DNA from: Pseudomonadota bacterium
GTDB lineage: Bacteria; Pseudomonadota; Alphaproteobacteria; Rhodobacterales; Rhodobacteraceae
Assembly: GCA_039199465.1 (NCBI GenBank)
Contig: JBCCSW010000001.1
Span: forward strand, 1 to 37,087
Direction of reading: 5' to 3'
DNA: 37,087 nucleotides
The translations under genes were made by a program, and so were the position numbers. The notes under the pieces are model-generated. The model had not been told where the DNA came from and did no database searches. It saw only the letters and a program-made list of their open reading frames with translations. Shown piece by piece: positions 1 to 10,526 of the stretch (its first letter is position 1; every line of letters begins with the position of its first letter).

Positions 1-90
1 AAGTACAACCAGCTGCTCCGCATCGAGGAGGCGCTGGGCGAGGCCGCCAGCTATGCCGGCAAGGGCGTGGTGCCGCGGGTTGAGGGCTGA
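1..90 (+). CDS. eno: Enolase, C-terminal fragment (gene starts upstream of the window)
   Basis: Frame 1 reads KYNQLLRIEEALGEAASYAG..., the conserved enolase C-terminus; TGA at 88-90; eno-ftsB-pdhA order is typical of Alphaproteobacteria. Confidence 0.93.
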   Translation, partial: KYNQLLRIEEALGEAASYAGKGVVPRVEG

Positions 91-94
91 GGGC

Positions 95-589
95 ATGGCC
101 GGGGGCGTCACGCTGCCGCCTCTCGGCGCGCTGGCCCATGTCTGGCTGGTGCCTGCGGCAATGGTAGCGGGCGAGTGGCTGGTCGATCTGGAGAGCGATG
201 GCGGCGCGATGCAGATGCTGCTGCTCGGGCTGTTCCTGCTGGGTGCGCCGCTGCTGGCGGGGTGGGCCGCGGCGCGGCTGGACCTGCCGTCGACGCCGAC
301 CTTGGTCGTGGCGGGCGTCGGCCTCGCCATCTACTGGGTGATCGTGCTGTGGCGGGTGAACGCGGCCGGGCCCGAGGCTGCCGGGTGGCTGCCGGTCGTC
401 GTCGCGCTGGCGGCCGGGCAGATCTCGGTCTCGGTCTCGACCGCCTGGGCGATGCTGCGCCTGCGCGCGAACGACGGCCAGCCGCTGTCCCAGCCGGTCA
501 CGCCGCCTGGCGCCAAGGCGAAGCGGCCCTTCAAAGGGCCGAGCAAGCGTCCTGTGGCCAAGGGGCCGCGGCGCAAGGGAAAATCCTAA
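95..589 (+). CDS. Hypothetical integral membrane protein with a basic C-terminal tail
   Basis: ATG 4 nt after the eno stop, in frame with ORF 53..589; about four hydrophobic segments; Lys/Arg/Pro-rich tail; fills the eno-ftsB gap. Confidence 0.7.
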   Translation: MAGGVTLPPLGALAHVWLVPAAMVAGEWLVDLESDGGAMQMLLLGLFLLGAPLLAGWAAARLDLPSTPTLVVAGVGLAIYWVIVLWRVNAAGPEAAGWLPVVVALAAGQISVSVSTAWAMLRLRANDGQPLSQPVTPPGAKAKRPFKGPSKRPVAKGPRRKGKS

Positions 590-636
590 GGCGTCCGGCC
601 AGGCCCAGAAAGGCTTGTTTGTTGTTGGTCCTGTGC

Positions 637-645
637 TGGTATCCT
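637..645 (+). promoter_or_regulatory. Possible extended -10 promoter element (TG-G-TATCCT) upstream of ftsB
   Basis: TGgTATCCT lies in a locally AT-rich patch about 45 nt before the ftsB start; the -35 is ambiguous (several TTG words at 615-624). Confidence 0.3.
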
Positions 646-689
646 AACCTTGCGAAGAGCCGAAAAATCGGCCGTGGCGGAGGTTGAGC

Positions 690-992
690 GTGAGCAGAAT
701 GCGGTGGCGCCAGGCACTGGTGCCGGGAACCTATGTCCTGATGGCGGCAATCGCGGTCGTCTTCGCCCACAGCGCGATCGAGGGCGATACGGGCCTGCGT
801 GCGCTGCGTGAGGCGACGGCACTTGAGGCCCGGCTGCAGGGCGAGCTGGCGCTGGTCGAGGCCGAGCGCGCGATCATTCGCAACCGCGTCTTCAGCCTGG
901 CCGGGCCGGAGATCGACCCCGATATCCTGGACGAGCGTGCGCGCGTCGTGCTGGGCGTCGGTCACACCGAAGACGTGCTGATCCGCCCGTAG
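690..992 (+). CDS. ftsB: Septum formation initiator, FtsB/DivIC family
   Basis: About 100 aa: N-terminal TM helix, GDTGL motif, coiled coil, DPDILDERAR..LG motif; GGAGG at 679-683 before GTG 690; conserved position upstream of pdhA. Confidence 0.88.
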   Translation: MSRMRWRQALVPGTYVLMAAIAVVFAHSAIEGDTGLRALREATALEARLQGELALVEAERAIIRNRVFSLAGPEIDPDILDERARVVLGVGHTEDVLIRP

Positions 993-1183
993 ACCGGGCT
1001 GCTTCACGCCGCGCGTGCTGTGGAACGTCTGCACCCTTGCGATGCGCCAATCCCGACTCCATGGTGACACCGCGCCGGTTCGTCGGTGTTCTGCCCACCC
1101 ATGCGGCGCCATTCAGGCTGGCCGCGCTGATGCCGAGAGACGACCGCCGAAGCGCTTGACGCATCGACCGGAAGGAGAGTGCC

Positions 1184-2320
1184 ATGGCCACCGCACGAAA
1201 GAGCAGCACCGCCGCACCGAAGACCGCTGCCCCTAAACCGGCAGCGCGAAGCGCGGCCACGGCAAAGACTGGCATGGCAAAGTCTGGCACGGCGAAGACG
1301 AGTGGCGGGCGCGCGAAGGCCGCGCCGAAGAAGAACAGCCCCTCGCCCGAGGAGATGCATCAGTACTATGCCGACATGCTGCTGATCCGCCGCTTTGAGG
1401 AGAAAGCGGGCCAGCTCTACGGCATGGGCCTGATCGGCGGCTTCTGCCACCTCTATATCGGACAGGAGGCTGTCGTCGTCGGGCTGCAGAGCCAGTGCAA
1501 GCCGGGCGACCAGGTCATCACCTCGTATCGCGACCACGGGCACATGCTGGCCGCCGGCATGGACCCCAACGGCGTCATGGCCGAGCTGACGGGCCGCGAG
1601 GGCGGCTACTCGAAGGGCAAGGGCGGCTCGATGCACATGTTCTCGAAGGAGAAGGAGTTCTATGGCGGCCACGGTATCGTCGGCGCCCAGGTGCCGCTCG
1701 GCGCCGGGCTCGCTTTCGCCAACCGCTATCTCGGCAACGGCCATGTCTCGCTGACCTATTTCGGCGACGGCTCGGCCAATCAGGGCCAAGTCTACGAGGC
1801 CTTCAACATGGCCGCGCTCTGGAAGCTGCCGGTCGTCTTCGTGATCGAGAACAACAAATACGCGATGGGCACCTCGCAGCAGCGCTCCACCAGCTCGATG
1901 GAGCTGTTCAAGCGCGGCCAAGCCTTCGGCATCGAGGGCGAGGAGGTCGACGGCATGGACGTGGTCAAGGTTGCCGAGGCCGGCGCCCGCGCGATCGATC
2001 ACTGCCGAAGCGGCAAGGGGCCGTATGTGCTGGAGTGCAAGACCTACCGCTATCGTGGTCATTCGATGTCGGACCCGGCGAAGTACCGCACGCGCGACGA
2101 GGTCAGCGCGATGCGCGAGACCCGCGATCCGATCGAACAGCTCAAGAAAATCATGATCGAGCAGGGCGTCGCCGACGAGGACGCGCTGAAGAAGATCGAC
2201 AAGGACGTGAAGGCGCGCGTGAACGAAAGCGCGAAGTTCGCGCAGGACAGCCCGGAACCAGCCTTGGACGAGCTGTGGACCGATATCTATGCCGACGACC
2301 TGCCGCAGGCCGCCGAGTGA
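1184..2320 (+). CDS. pdhA: Pyruvate dehydrogenase E1 alpha subunit
   Basis: GFCHLYIGQEA, GKGGSMH, TPP motif GDGSANQGQ..ENN, TYRYRGHSMSDP; AGGAG RBS. Confidence 0.98.
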   Translation: MATARKSSTAAPKTAAPKPAARSAATAKTGMAKSGTAKTSGGRAKAAPKKNSPSPEEMHQYYADMLLIRRFEEKAGQLYGMGLIGGFCHLYIGQEAVVVGLQSQCKPGDQVITSYRDHGHMLAAGMDPNGVMAELTGREGGYSKGKGGSMHMFSKEKEFYGGHGIVGAQVPLGAGLAFANRYLGNGHVSLTYFGDGSANQGQVYEAFNMAALWKLPVVFVIENNKYAMGTSQQRSTSSMELFKRGQAFGIEGEEVDGMDVVKVAEAGARAIDHCRSGKGPYVLECKTYRYRGHSMSDPAKYRTRDEVSAMRETRDPIEQLKKIMIEQGVADEDALKKIDKDVKARVNESAKFAQDSPEPALDELWTDIYADDLPQAAE

Positions 2321-2364
2321 ACTGACAATAACGTCCAAGACGATCCCTGGGAGGGGACGCCGAG

Positions 2365-3774
2365 ATGACCATCCAGGTACTGATGCCAGCGCTCTCTCCG
2401 ACGATGGAGGAGGGCAAGCTCGCCAAATGGAACGTCAAGGAAGGTGACGAGGTGTCCTCGGGCGACGTTATCGCCGAGATCGAGACCGACAAGGCCACCA
2501 TGGAAGTGGAAGCGGTCGACGAGGGCACCGTCGGCAAGATCCTGATCGCCGAGGGTACCGAGGGCGTCAAAGTCAACACGCCGATCGCCGTGCTCTTGGA
2601 AGACGGCGAGGACGCAAGCGCCGCCGAGAAGCCGACAAACGGCGCGGCCGCCCCGGCGCCCGCCGCCGAGGCCGCGACCCCTGCCGTTGCCCCAGCCTCC
2701 GCGCCGGCACATGCCGAGCCGGCCGCCGCGATCCCGGCCACGGCGCGCGATGCGGACGCGGCCGCCGAACCGGATTGGCCCGAGGGCACGCCGCTGAAGA
2801 CCGAGACCGTGCGCGTCGCCCTACGCGATGCCATGGCCGAAGAGATGCGCCGCGACGAGCGTGTCTTCGTGATGGGCGAGGAGGTGGCGGAGTATCAGGG
2901 CGCCTACAAGATCACCGAGGGGCTGCTGGCCGAGTTCGGCGACAAACGCGTCGTCGACACCCCGATCACCGAGCATGGTTTCGCCGGCATCGGCGTGGGC
3001 GCCGCCTTCGCAGGGCTGCACCCGATCGTGGAGTTCATGACCTTCAACTTCGCGATGCAGGCGATCGACCAGATCATCAACTCGGCCGCGAAGACGCTGT
3101 ATATGTCGGGCGGCCAGATGGGATGCCCGATCGTGTTTCGCGGCCCGAACGGCGCGGCCGCCCGCGTCGCCGCCCAGCACAGCCAGGACTACGCCGCCTG
3201 GTACAGCAACATCCCCGGCCTTAAGGTCGTGATGCCCTACACCGCGGCCGATGCGAAAGGTCTGCTGAAGTCTGCCGTGCGCGACCCGAACCCGGTGATC
3301 TTTCTGGAGAACGAGATCCTCTATGGCCGCTCGTTCGACGTGCCGGAACTCGACGATTTTACCATCCCCATCGGCAAGGCACGGATCGCCCGGGCCGGCA
3401 ACGACCTGACCATCGTCAGTTTCGGCATCGGCATGGGCTATGCGATGGAGGCAGCCGAGCGCCTGGCCGGCGAGGGTATCGATGCCGAGGTCATCGATCT
3501 GCGCACGCTGCGCCCGATGGACCGCGGCGCCATCATCCGCTCGGTCATGAAGACAAATCGCTGCGTCACGGTCGAGGAGGGCTGGCCGCAATGCTCGGTC
3601 GGCAACCACATCTCGGCCGTGCTGATGCAGGAGGCCTTCGACTATCTGGACGCGCCGGTGATCAACCTGACGGGCAAGGACGTGCCGATGCCCTATGCCG
3701 CCAATCTCGAAAAGCTTGCGCTGGTGACGACGGACGAGGTGGTCGAGGCCGCCAAGACCGTCTGCTACCGCTGA
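2365..3774 (+). CDS. pdhB: Pyruvate dehydrogenase E1 beta subunit with an N-terminal lipoyl domain
   Basis: Lipoyl motif ETDKATME, Ala/Pro linker, then [25 protein letters not shown] and AAQHSQ. Confidence 0.98.
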   Translation: MTIQVLMPALSPTMEEGKLAKWNVKEGDEVSSGDVIAEIETDKATMEVEAVDEGTVGKILIAEGTEGVKVNTPIAVLLEDGEDASAAEKPTNGAAAPAPAAEAATPAVAPASAPAHAEPAAAIPATARDADAAAEPDWPEGTPLKTETVRVALRDAMAEEMRRDERVFVMGEEVAEYQGAYKITEGLLAEFGDKRVVDTPITEHGFAGIGVGAAFAGLHPIVEFMTFNFAMQAIDQIINSAAKTLYMSGGQMGCPIVFRGPNGAAARVAAQHSQDYAAWYSNIPGLKVVMPYTAADAKGLLKSAVRDPNPVIFLENEILYGRSFDVPELDDFTIPIGKARIARAGNDLTIVSFGIGMGYAMEAAERLAGEGIDAEVIDLRTLRPMDRGAIIRSVMKTNRCVTVEEGWPQCSVGNHISAVLMQEAFDYLDAPVINLTGKDVPMPYAANLEKLALVTTDEVVEAAKTVCYR

Positions 3775-3963
3775 GGGGGTCGAGAGATGCCGATCAACAT
3801 CCTGATGCCCGCCCTGTCGCCGACCATGGAGGAGGGCAAGCTCGCCAAGTGGACCGTTGCCGAGGGCGACGAGGTGAACTCGGGCGACGTGATCGCCGAG
3901 ATCGAGACGGACAAGGCCACCATGGAAGTGGAAGCCGTCGACGAGGGCACCGTCGGCAAGATC
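2470..3963 (+). repeat. Direct repeat pair in the lipoyl-domain cores of pdhB (2470-2541) and pdhC (3892-3963)
   Basis: Manual alignment gives 70/72 identical nucleotides; both differences are synonymous third positions. Confidence 0.9.
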
Positions 3964-5157
3964 GTCGTGCCCGAGGGCACCGAAGGCGTGAAGGTCAATG
4001 CCGTGATCGGCATCCTGCTGGAGGAGGGTGAGGATGCCAGCGCGCTGGACGGCGGGTCAGGCGCGGTGTCCGACGCCCCGAAGACCAACGGCAGCGGCGC
4101 GCCCGCGAGCACATCGGCCGGTGCGCCTGCGAGTGCACCGGCCAGCACACTGGCAGGCGCGCCCGCTTCGGACGCCACGCCGACGGCCGCAGCCCCCGCC
4201 CCTCCACCAGTGACGGGCGCCGGAGGACGGATCTTTGCCTCGCCGCTAGCGCGACGCCTGGCTGCGTCGCATGGGCTGGATCTCGGCACCCTGAGCGGCA
4301 GTGGCCCGCATGGCCGGATCGTGAAGGCTGATGTGGAGAAGGCGGCGAGCGCGCCGGCGCCCGTTGCCGCCGCCGCCCCTGCCCCGGCCGTCGCGCCAGC
4401 ACCCGGTGCCGTCGCACCCGCGCCGCAGGGCATGGGTGCTGATGCGGTGAAGAAGATGTACGCCGACCGCGCCTATGAGGAAGTCACCCTCGACGGTATG
4501 CGCAAGACCATCGCCGCGCGGCTGACCGAGGCGAAGCAGACGATCCCGCATTTCTACCTGCGCCGCGACATCATGCTGGACGATCTGCTGGCGTTCCGCG
4601 CGCAGATGAATGCCAAGGGCGAGAAGCGCGGCATCAAGCTGTCGGTCAACGACTACATCATAAAGGCCTGCGCGCTGGCGCTGAAGCAGGTGCCGGGATG
4701 CAATGCGGTCTGGGCGGGCGATCGCGTGCTGCAGTTCAGCGCCGCCGATGTCGCTGTCGCCGTGGCGATCGAGGGCGGGCTGTTCACGCCGGTCATTCGC
4801 GACGCCGACACCAAGTCGATGTCGGCGATCTCGGCCGAGATGAAGGACCTGGCCACCAGGGCACGCGACCGAAAGCTGGCGCCGAACGAGTATCAGGGCG
4901 GCAGCTTTGCGATCTCGAACCTGGGCATGTTCGGCATCGACAACTTCGACGCGGTGATCAACCCGCCCCACGCCTCGATCCTGGCGGTGGGCGCGGGCGT
5001 GAAGAAACCGGTCGTGAAGGACGGCGCCCTGGCGGCGGCGACGGTGATGTCGGTCACGCTGTCGGTTGATCACCGGGTGATCGATGGTGCGCTGGGCGCG
5101 CAGTTCCTGGACGCCATCAAGACTCAACTGGAAGACCCGATGGGCATGCTGATGTGA
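3787..5157 (+). CDS. pdhC: Pyruvate dehydrogenase E2, dihydrolipoamide acetyltransferase
   Basis: Lipoyl domain, subunit-binding domain (ASPLARRLA..GSGPHGRIVKADV), catalytic DHRVIDGA. Confidence 0.98.
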   Translation: MPINILMPALSPTMEEGKLAKWTVAEGDEVNSGDVIAEIETDKATMEVEAVDEGTVGKIVVPEGTEGVKVNAVIGILLEEGEDASALDGGSGAVSDAPKTNGSGAPASTSAGAPASAPASTLAGAPASDATPTAAAPAPPPVTGAGGRIFASPLARRLAASHGLDLGTLSGSGPHGRIVKADVEKAASAPAPVAAAAPAPAVAPAPGAVAPAPQGMGADAVKKMYADRAYEEVTLDGMRKTIAARLTEAKQTIPHFYLRRDIMLDDLLAFRAQMNAKGEKRGIKLSVNDYIIKACALALKQVPGCNAVWAGDRVLQFSAADVAVAVAIEGGLFTPVIRDADTKSMSAISAEMKDLATRARDRKLAPNEYQGGSFAISNLGMFGIDNFDAVINPPHASILAVGAGVKKPVVKDGALAAATVMSVTLSVDHRVIDGALGAQFLDAIKTQLEDPMGMLM

Positions 5158-5161
5158 GGGT

Positions 5162-5208
5162 GCGCCGCCGGGGCCTGTCGGGGCTCGCCCGGTCCGCCCC
5201 GGCGGCGC
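5162..5208. terminator. GC-rich hairpin between convergent pdhC and the EF-hand gene; probable bidirectional terminator
   Basis: Perfect 13-bp inverted repeat GCGCCGCCGGGGC (5162-5174) / GCCCCGGCGGCGC (5196-5208); no U-tract on either side. Confidence 0.6.
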
Positions 5209-5215
5209 GCTCGCC

Positions 5216-5788
5216 TCAGAGCTCGCGCCCGCCCTCCTCGCGCTGACGCTCGCGGCGCATCCGCTCGCGGGGGCCACGCCGCACATCGTCGAGGTCGAGC
5301 GCACCATCGCCGGTGCGGTCGCGCAGCTCGACGATCGAGGACGTCGTGTCGAGATACTCGTCCGCAGTCACCTGGCCGTCGCCGTCGCGGTCATGGCGCT
5401 GGAAGCGGCGGACCATCCTCTCGCGCATCGCTTCGAGCCAGAGTGCCTCGTACTCGGTCAGGGACAGGGCGCCGTCGCCGTCGCCGTCATGGGTGGCGTG
5501 CTGGGCGGTCCGCGTCTCGTCGATCTCGGCCTGTGTGACGCGGCCGTCGCCATCGGCATCATAGTCATCGCGCAGGCGCAACAAGCGGCGGCCCATCCGG
5601 TTATCGCCGCGGCGCCCGGCCCGGTGATCGGCGCGGTGGCCCTTGGCGCGGTGCCGGATCTCGGTCGGCGCGAGTTCCTCGGCAAGGATCGGTGCGCCGC
5701 GCTCGACGCCGCGGGTCTGCGCTGTAACGGCCACGGCGCCCGTGATCAGGACGCCACCTGCGACAGTCATCATCAAGAACTTCTTCAT
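5216..5788 (-). CDS. Secreted EF-hand calcium-binding protein
   Basis: Signal-peptide-like MKKFLMMTVAGGVLITGAVAVTA after a GGAG RBS; four DxDGDG-type loops (DADGDGRVTQAE, DGDGDGALSLTE, DRDGDGQVTADE, DRTGDGALDLDD). Confidence 0.88.
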   Translation of the reverse strand: MKKFLMMTVAGGVLITGAVAVTAQTRGVERGAPILAEELAPTEIRHRAKGHRADHRAGRRGDNRMGRRLLRLRDDYDADGDGRVTQAEIDETRTAQHATHDGDGDGALSLTEYEALWLEAMRERMVRRFQRHDRDGDGQVTADEYLDTTSSIVELRDRTGDGALDLDDVRRGPRERMRRERQREEGGREL

Positions 5789-5959
5789 CTCATATCTCCC
5801 GTGTTTTGCTGCTCCTCTCACGTTCGCGTGTCGCGCGCCCGTCGGTCGCCCGACGAAGAAAAAGAGACGGAAGCGGACGACGGATCATTCGCCCCAATAC
5901 GTGGTCGCAGGCGCTTTGCGGCGAGAGAATAGCCTTCGGCAGGTTCGGCGGCGCGGGCC

Positions 5960-8632
5960 TCAGCCGGCGATCAGCGCCTCGACCGCGGCGATGGCGGCGT
6001 CGGCCTTGGCAGCGTCAGGGCCGCCACCTTGGGCCATGTCGGGCCTGCCGCCGCCACCCTTGCCGCCGACCTCGGCCACGGCGATACGCACCAGGTCGAC
6101 GGCGGACAGGCGCGCGGTGAGGTCCTCGGTCACGCCCGCCGCAACGGTCGCCTTGCCTTCGGTATCGGCAATCAGCAGCACGACGGCTGAGCCGAGGCGC
6201 TTCTTGTGTTCGTCTATGAGGCCGCGCAGATCCTTCGGATTTACGCCCGGCAGGGTCTGCGCGAAGAACGGGGTTCCGGACACGTCGCGCGCCTCGGCCG
6301 ACGCTGCGCCAGCGCCGCCGAGGGCGACGCGCTTGCGCAGTTCCGCCACCTCCTGCTCCAGCTTGCGCCGCTCGGCAAGGAGCGTCTTCACACGCTCGCC
6401 CGCCTCGATCGGGCGAACCTTGAGCTGGCTCGCCACCGTTTCCAGCGCGGCCTCCCGCTCGGACACATGGGCAAGCGCCGCAGCACCGGTCAACGCCTCG
6501 ACCCGGCGCACGCCGGCCGACGACGCGCCCTCGGACACCAGCTTGAAGAGACCGATCTCACCCGTACGGGCGACATGGATGCCGCCGCAGAGCTCCAGCG
6601 AATAGGTGAGGCCCTGCGCACCGGTCGTGCCGCCCATATGCGCGGCGGTCCGCCGGCCCATGGCGACGACGCGCACTTCCTCGCCGTACTTCTCGCCAAA
6701 CAGCGCGCGCGCGCCGGCCGCGACCGCGTCGTCGGGCGTCATCAGGCGCGTGGTCACGGGTGCGTCCTGGCGGATCAGGTCGTTCACTTCAGCCTCGACG
6801 ATCGCCATCTGCTCGGCCGTCATCGCGTCGTTCTGCACGAAATCGAAGCGCAGGCGGTCGGGCGCGACGAGGCTGCCGCGCTGGGCCACATGATCGCCAA
6901 GCGTGCCGCGCAGCGCCTCATGCATGAGATGCGTCGCCGAGTGGTTGGCGCGGATCGCCGCCCGGCGTGCGCTGTCGACCGCCATCCTGATCGGATCACC
7001 GACCGAAACGCTGCCCTCCTCAACGGTGCCCAGATGAGCCGACAGCATGCCGACGCGTTTCTTGACGTCGCCGACGCGTATCCGACCCGACGGGCCTTCG
7101 ATGACGCCCGTGTCACCGACCTGACCGCCGGCCTCGGCGTAGAAGGGCGTCTGGTTCAGGATCACGGCAACGTCGGTGCCCTCGCCTGCGGCCTGCACCT
7201 CGGCATCGGCGATCACGAGCGCGGCGACCACCGCTTCGGCGCTTTCGCTGTCGTATCCCAGGAACTCCGTCGCGCCGACGCGTTCGGCGATGTCGAAGAA
7301 GACCGCGCTTTCTGCTAGGTCGCCGGTGCCTTTGTGGGCGGCGCGGGCCTGCGCCTTCTGCTCGGCCATGGCGGCATCGAAGCCGTCGGTATCCACGGCG
7401 AGGCCCTTTTCGCGAAGCGCATCCTGGGTGAGGTCGAGCGGGAAGCCGTAGGTGTCGTAGAGCTTGAACGCCGTCGCGCCCGGCAATTGACCGCCCTCGG
7501 GCAGGGTCGCGATCTCCTCCTCCAGCAGACCGAGCCCGCGGTCCAGCGTGCGGCGGAAACGGATCTCCTCGCGCTCTAGCGTCTCGGTAATGAGATCCTG
7601 CGCGGTGGTGAGCTCGGGGAAGGCCTGACCCATCTGTCGCACCAGTTCTGGCACGAGCCGGTGCATGAGCGGACGATCCACGCCGAGCAGATGGGCATGG
7701 CGCATCGCGCGACGCATGATCCGGCGCAGCACATAGCCGCGCCCCTCGTTCGAGGGCAGCACCCCGTCGGCCATCAGGAACGAGGTCGAACGCAGGTGAT
7801 CGGCGATCACGCGGTGATGCGTCTTGCCGTGGCCGTCCGGGTCGGTGCCCGAGGCCGCGGCCGAGGCCTCGATCAGGCTGCGCATCAGGTCGGTGTCGTA
7901 GACGTCGTTCTTGCCCTGCAGGACCGAGCCGATACGCTCCAGCCCCATGCCGGTATCGATCGAGGGGCGCGGCAGGTCGGTGCGCGGGCGGCCGTCGTCA
8001 TACTGCTCGAACTGCATGAAGACGAGGTTCCAGATCTCGACGAAGCGGTCGCCGTCCTCCTCGGGCGAGCCCGGCGGGCCGCCCCAGACATGCGGACCGT
8101 AGTCGTAGAAGATCTCGGAACACGGGCCGCAGGGGCCGGTCGGACCCATGGTCCAAAAGTTGTCGTCGGTCGCGATGCGGATGATCTTGTCTTCCGGCAC
8201 GCCGATCTTCTTCCAGATCCCGAAGGCCTCCTCGTCGTCGTGGTAGATCGTGACGCAGAGCCGGTCCTTCGGCAGCCCGATCTCGTCAGTGATGAGGCTC
8301 CAGGCAAGTGGGATCGCCTCCTCCTTGAAGTAGTCGCCGAAGGAGAAGTTGCCGAGCATCTCGAAGAAGGTCAGGTGACGCGCCGTGTAGCCGACATTGT
8401 CGAGATCGTTGTGCTTTCCACCCGCGCGGACACACTTTTGGCTGGTGGCCGCGCGCGTATAGTCGCGGTGTTCGATGCCGGTGAAGAGGTTCTTGAACTG
8501 AACCATACCGGCCGCGGTGAACATCAGCGTCGGATCGTTTCGCGGCACAAGCGAGGACGACGCCACGACCTGGTGGCCGTTCTTGGCGAAGTAATCGAGG
8601 AAGGTCGCGCGGATCTCGTTCAGGGTCGCCAT
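5960..8632 (-). CDS. alaS: Alanine--tRNA ligase
   Basis: [33 protein letters not shown], editing motifs HSATH and ELCGGIH, C-terminal [15 protein letters not shown]. Confidence 0.99.
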   Translation of the reverse strand: MATLNEIRATFLDYFAKNGHQVVASSSLVPRNDPTLMFTAAGMVQFKNLFTGIEHRDYTRAATSQKCVRAGGKHNDLDNVGYTARHLTFFEMLGNFSFGDYFKEEAIPLAWSLITDEIGLPKDRLCVTIYHDDEEAFGIWKKIGVPEDKIIRIATDDNFWTMGPTGPCGPCSEIFYDYGPHVWGGPPGSPEEDGDRFVEIWNLVFMQFEQYDDGRPRTDLPRPSIDTGMGLERIGSVLQGKNDVYDTDLMRSLIEASAAASGTDPDGHGKTHHRVIADHLRSTSFLMADGVLPSNEGRGYVLRRIMRRAMRHAHLLGVDRPLMHRLVPELVRQMGQAFPELTTAQDLITETLEREEIRFRRTLDRGLGLLEEEIATLPEGGQLPGATAFKLYDTYGFPLDLTQDALREKGLAVDTDGFDAAMAEQKAQARAAHKGTGDLAESAVFFDIAERVGATEFLGYDSESAEAVVAALVIADAEVQAAGEGTDVAVILNQTPFYAEAGGQVGDTGVIEGPSGRIRVGDVKKRVGMLSAHLGTVEEGSVSVGDPIRMAVDSARRAAIRANHSATHLMHEALRGTLGDHVAQRGSLVAPDRLRFDFVQNDAMTAEQMAIVEAEVNDLIRQDAPVTTRLMTPDDAVAAGARALFGEKYGEEVRVVAMGRRTAAHMGGTTGAQGLTYSLELCGGIHVARTGEIGLFKLVSEGASSAGVRRVEALTGAAALAHVSEREAALETVASQLKVRPIEAGERVKTLLAERRKLEQEVAELRKRVALGGAGAASAEARDVSGTPFFAQTLPGVNPKDLRGLIDEHKKRLGSAVVLLIADTEGKATVAAGVTEDLTARLSAVDLVRIAVAEVGGKGGGGRPDMAQGGGPDAAKADAAIAAVEALIAG

Positions 8633-9078
8633 GTTTACCGGTCTGTCGCGTGCGGGGGATCGCTCGCGATGTATCGGCGGGCAGGTTCACTGTCCAGAAC
8701 GCCATGTTCCCCGGCGCCCCGACCCAGATCGCCCAACGCATTGCTACCTGCGACGCCGCCGAGCGACGCCTTTTGGGCGTTCAGCCGGTATGGTTGCATC
8801 CGGTCCAGATGCCGCAGCGTTCTGGGGGCCGCCGAGCGGCGCTTACAGGATTAGCGCACCGCGCGCCGTGACGCTGCAGCCGACGATCAGACTTGGCGGC
8901 AGTCTCCGCCCGCGTCGTCCCACAACATCAATCGATAGGTGATCGTCGTCGGCGGCCCGTTGCTGTGGCCGCTCAACGGCGCCGATATCGGCGCTGTGCG
9001 GCCGACAATGAAGCAATCGAGGCGTCGATAGCTCGACCTCGTACTTCGATGGTCTCGATGTAGCGCTTGGTGCGAGCA

Positions 9079-9100
9079 GGGTCCGACTGCGGCCGGACCC
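9079..9100 (-). terminator. Hairpin just downstream of recA
   Basis: Minus strand reads GGGTCCGGC-CGCA-GTCGGACCC, a 9-bp stem with one G-U pair, 11 nt after the recA stop; lacks a U-tract. Confidence 0.5.
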
Positions 9101-9111
9101 CTCCAGAAAGC

Positions 9112-10182
<1,071 letters not shown>

Positions 10183-10243
10183 TGCTCGTACTCCTTGCCT
10201 CATCTGCACCATGCCGGCGCGCGGGTCGATTCAAGTCGCCCTT

Positions 10244-10258
10244 GTTCGGCAAATGTTC
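10244..10258. promoter_or_regulatory. LexA (SOS) box, alphaproteobacterial GTTC-N7-GTTC type
   Basis: GTTC-GGCAAAT-GTTC is an exact consensus match about 60 nt upstream of the recA start. Confidence 0.9.
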
Positions 10259-10362
10259 GCACATTTGCAGAGGACTGGACAGAGCAAATCACACCACGCC
10301 GCCCCGGGCGACAGCGGCGAACGTTTGCCGCGCCGGAGCAGGCCGACGCTGCTGCCATATGG

Positions 10363-10377
10363 TGAAACGGTGGTTAA
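10363..10377 (-). promoter_or_regulatory. Candidate CtrA-binding site
   Basis: Minus strand reads TTAA-CCACCGT-TTCA, one mismatch to TTAA-N7-TTAA, and includes the TTAACC half-site; TTAA is uncommon in this GC-rich window. Confidence 0.45.
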
Positions 10378-10526
10378 GTGCGGGCCGAGAGTGGCGACTG
10401 GCAATCGCCTATCGCCACATCACACGACGCCCTGCCCGAGTGTTCCTACCCTAGCAACGCCGACAGACGCGACCACGGGATGCGCATCCACATAGGCCGG
10501 CATCACGGACCGCCGGTCCGGGGCGG

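Noticed and set aside
8631-8942. Small ORFs in the alaS-recA spacer (8631-8942 and 8650-8871)
   Set aside because: No clear RBS, atypical codon usage and no recognisable motifs.
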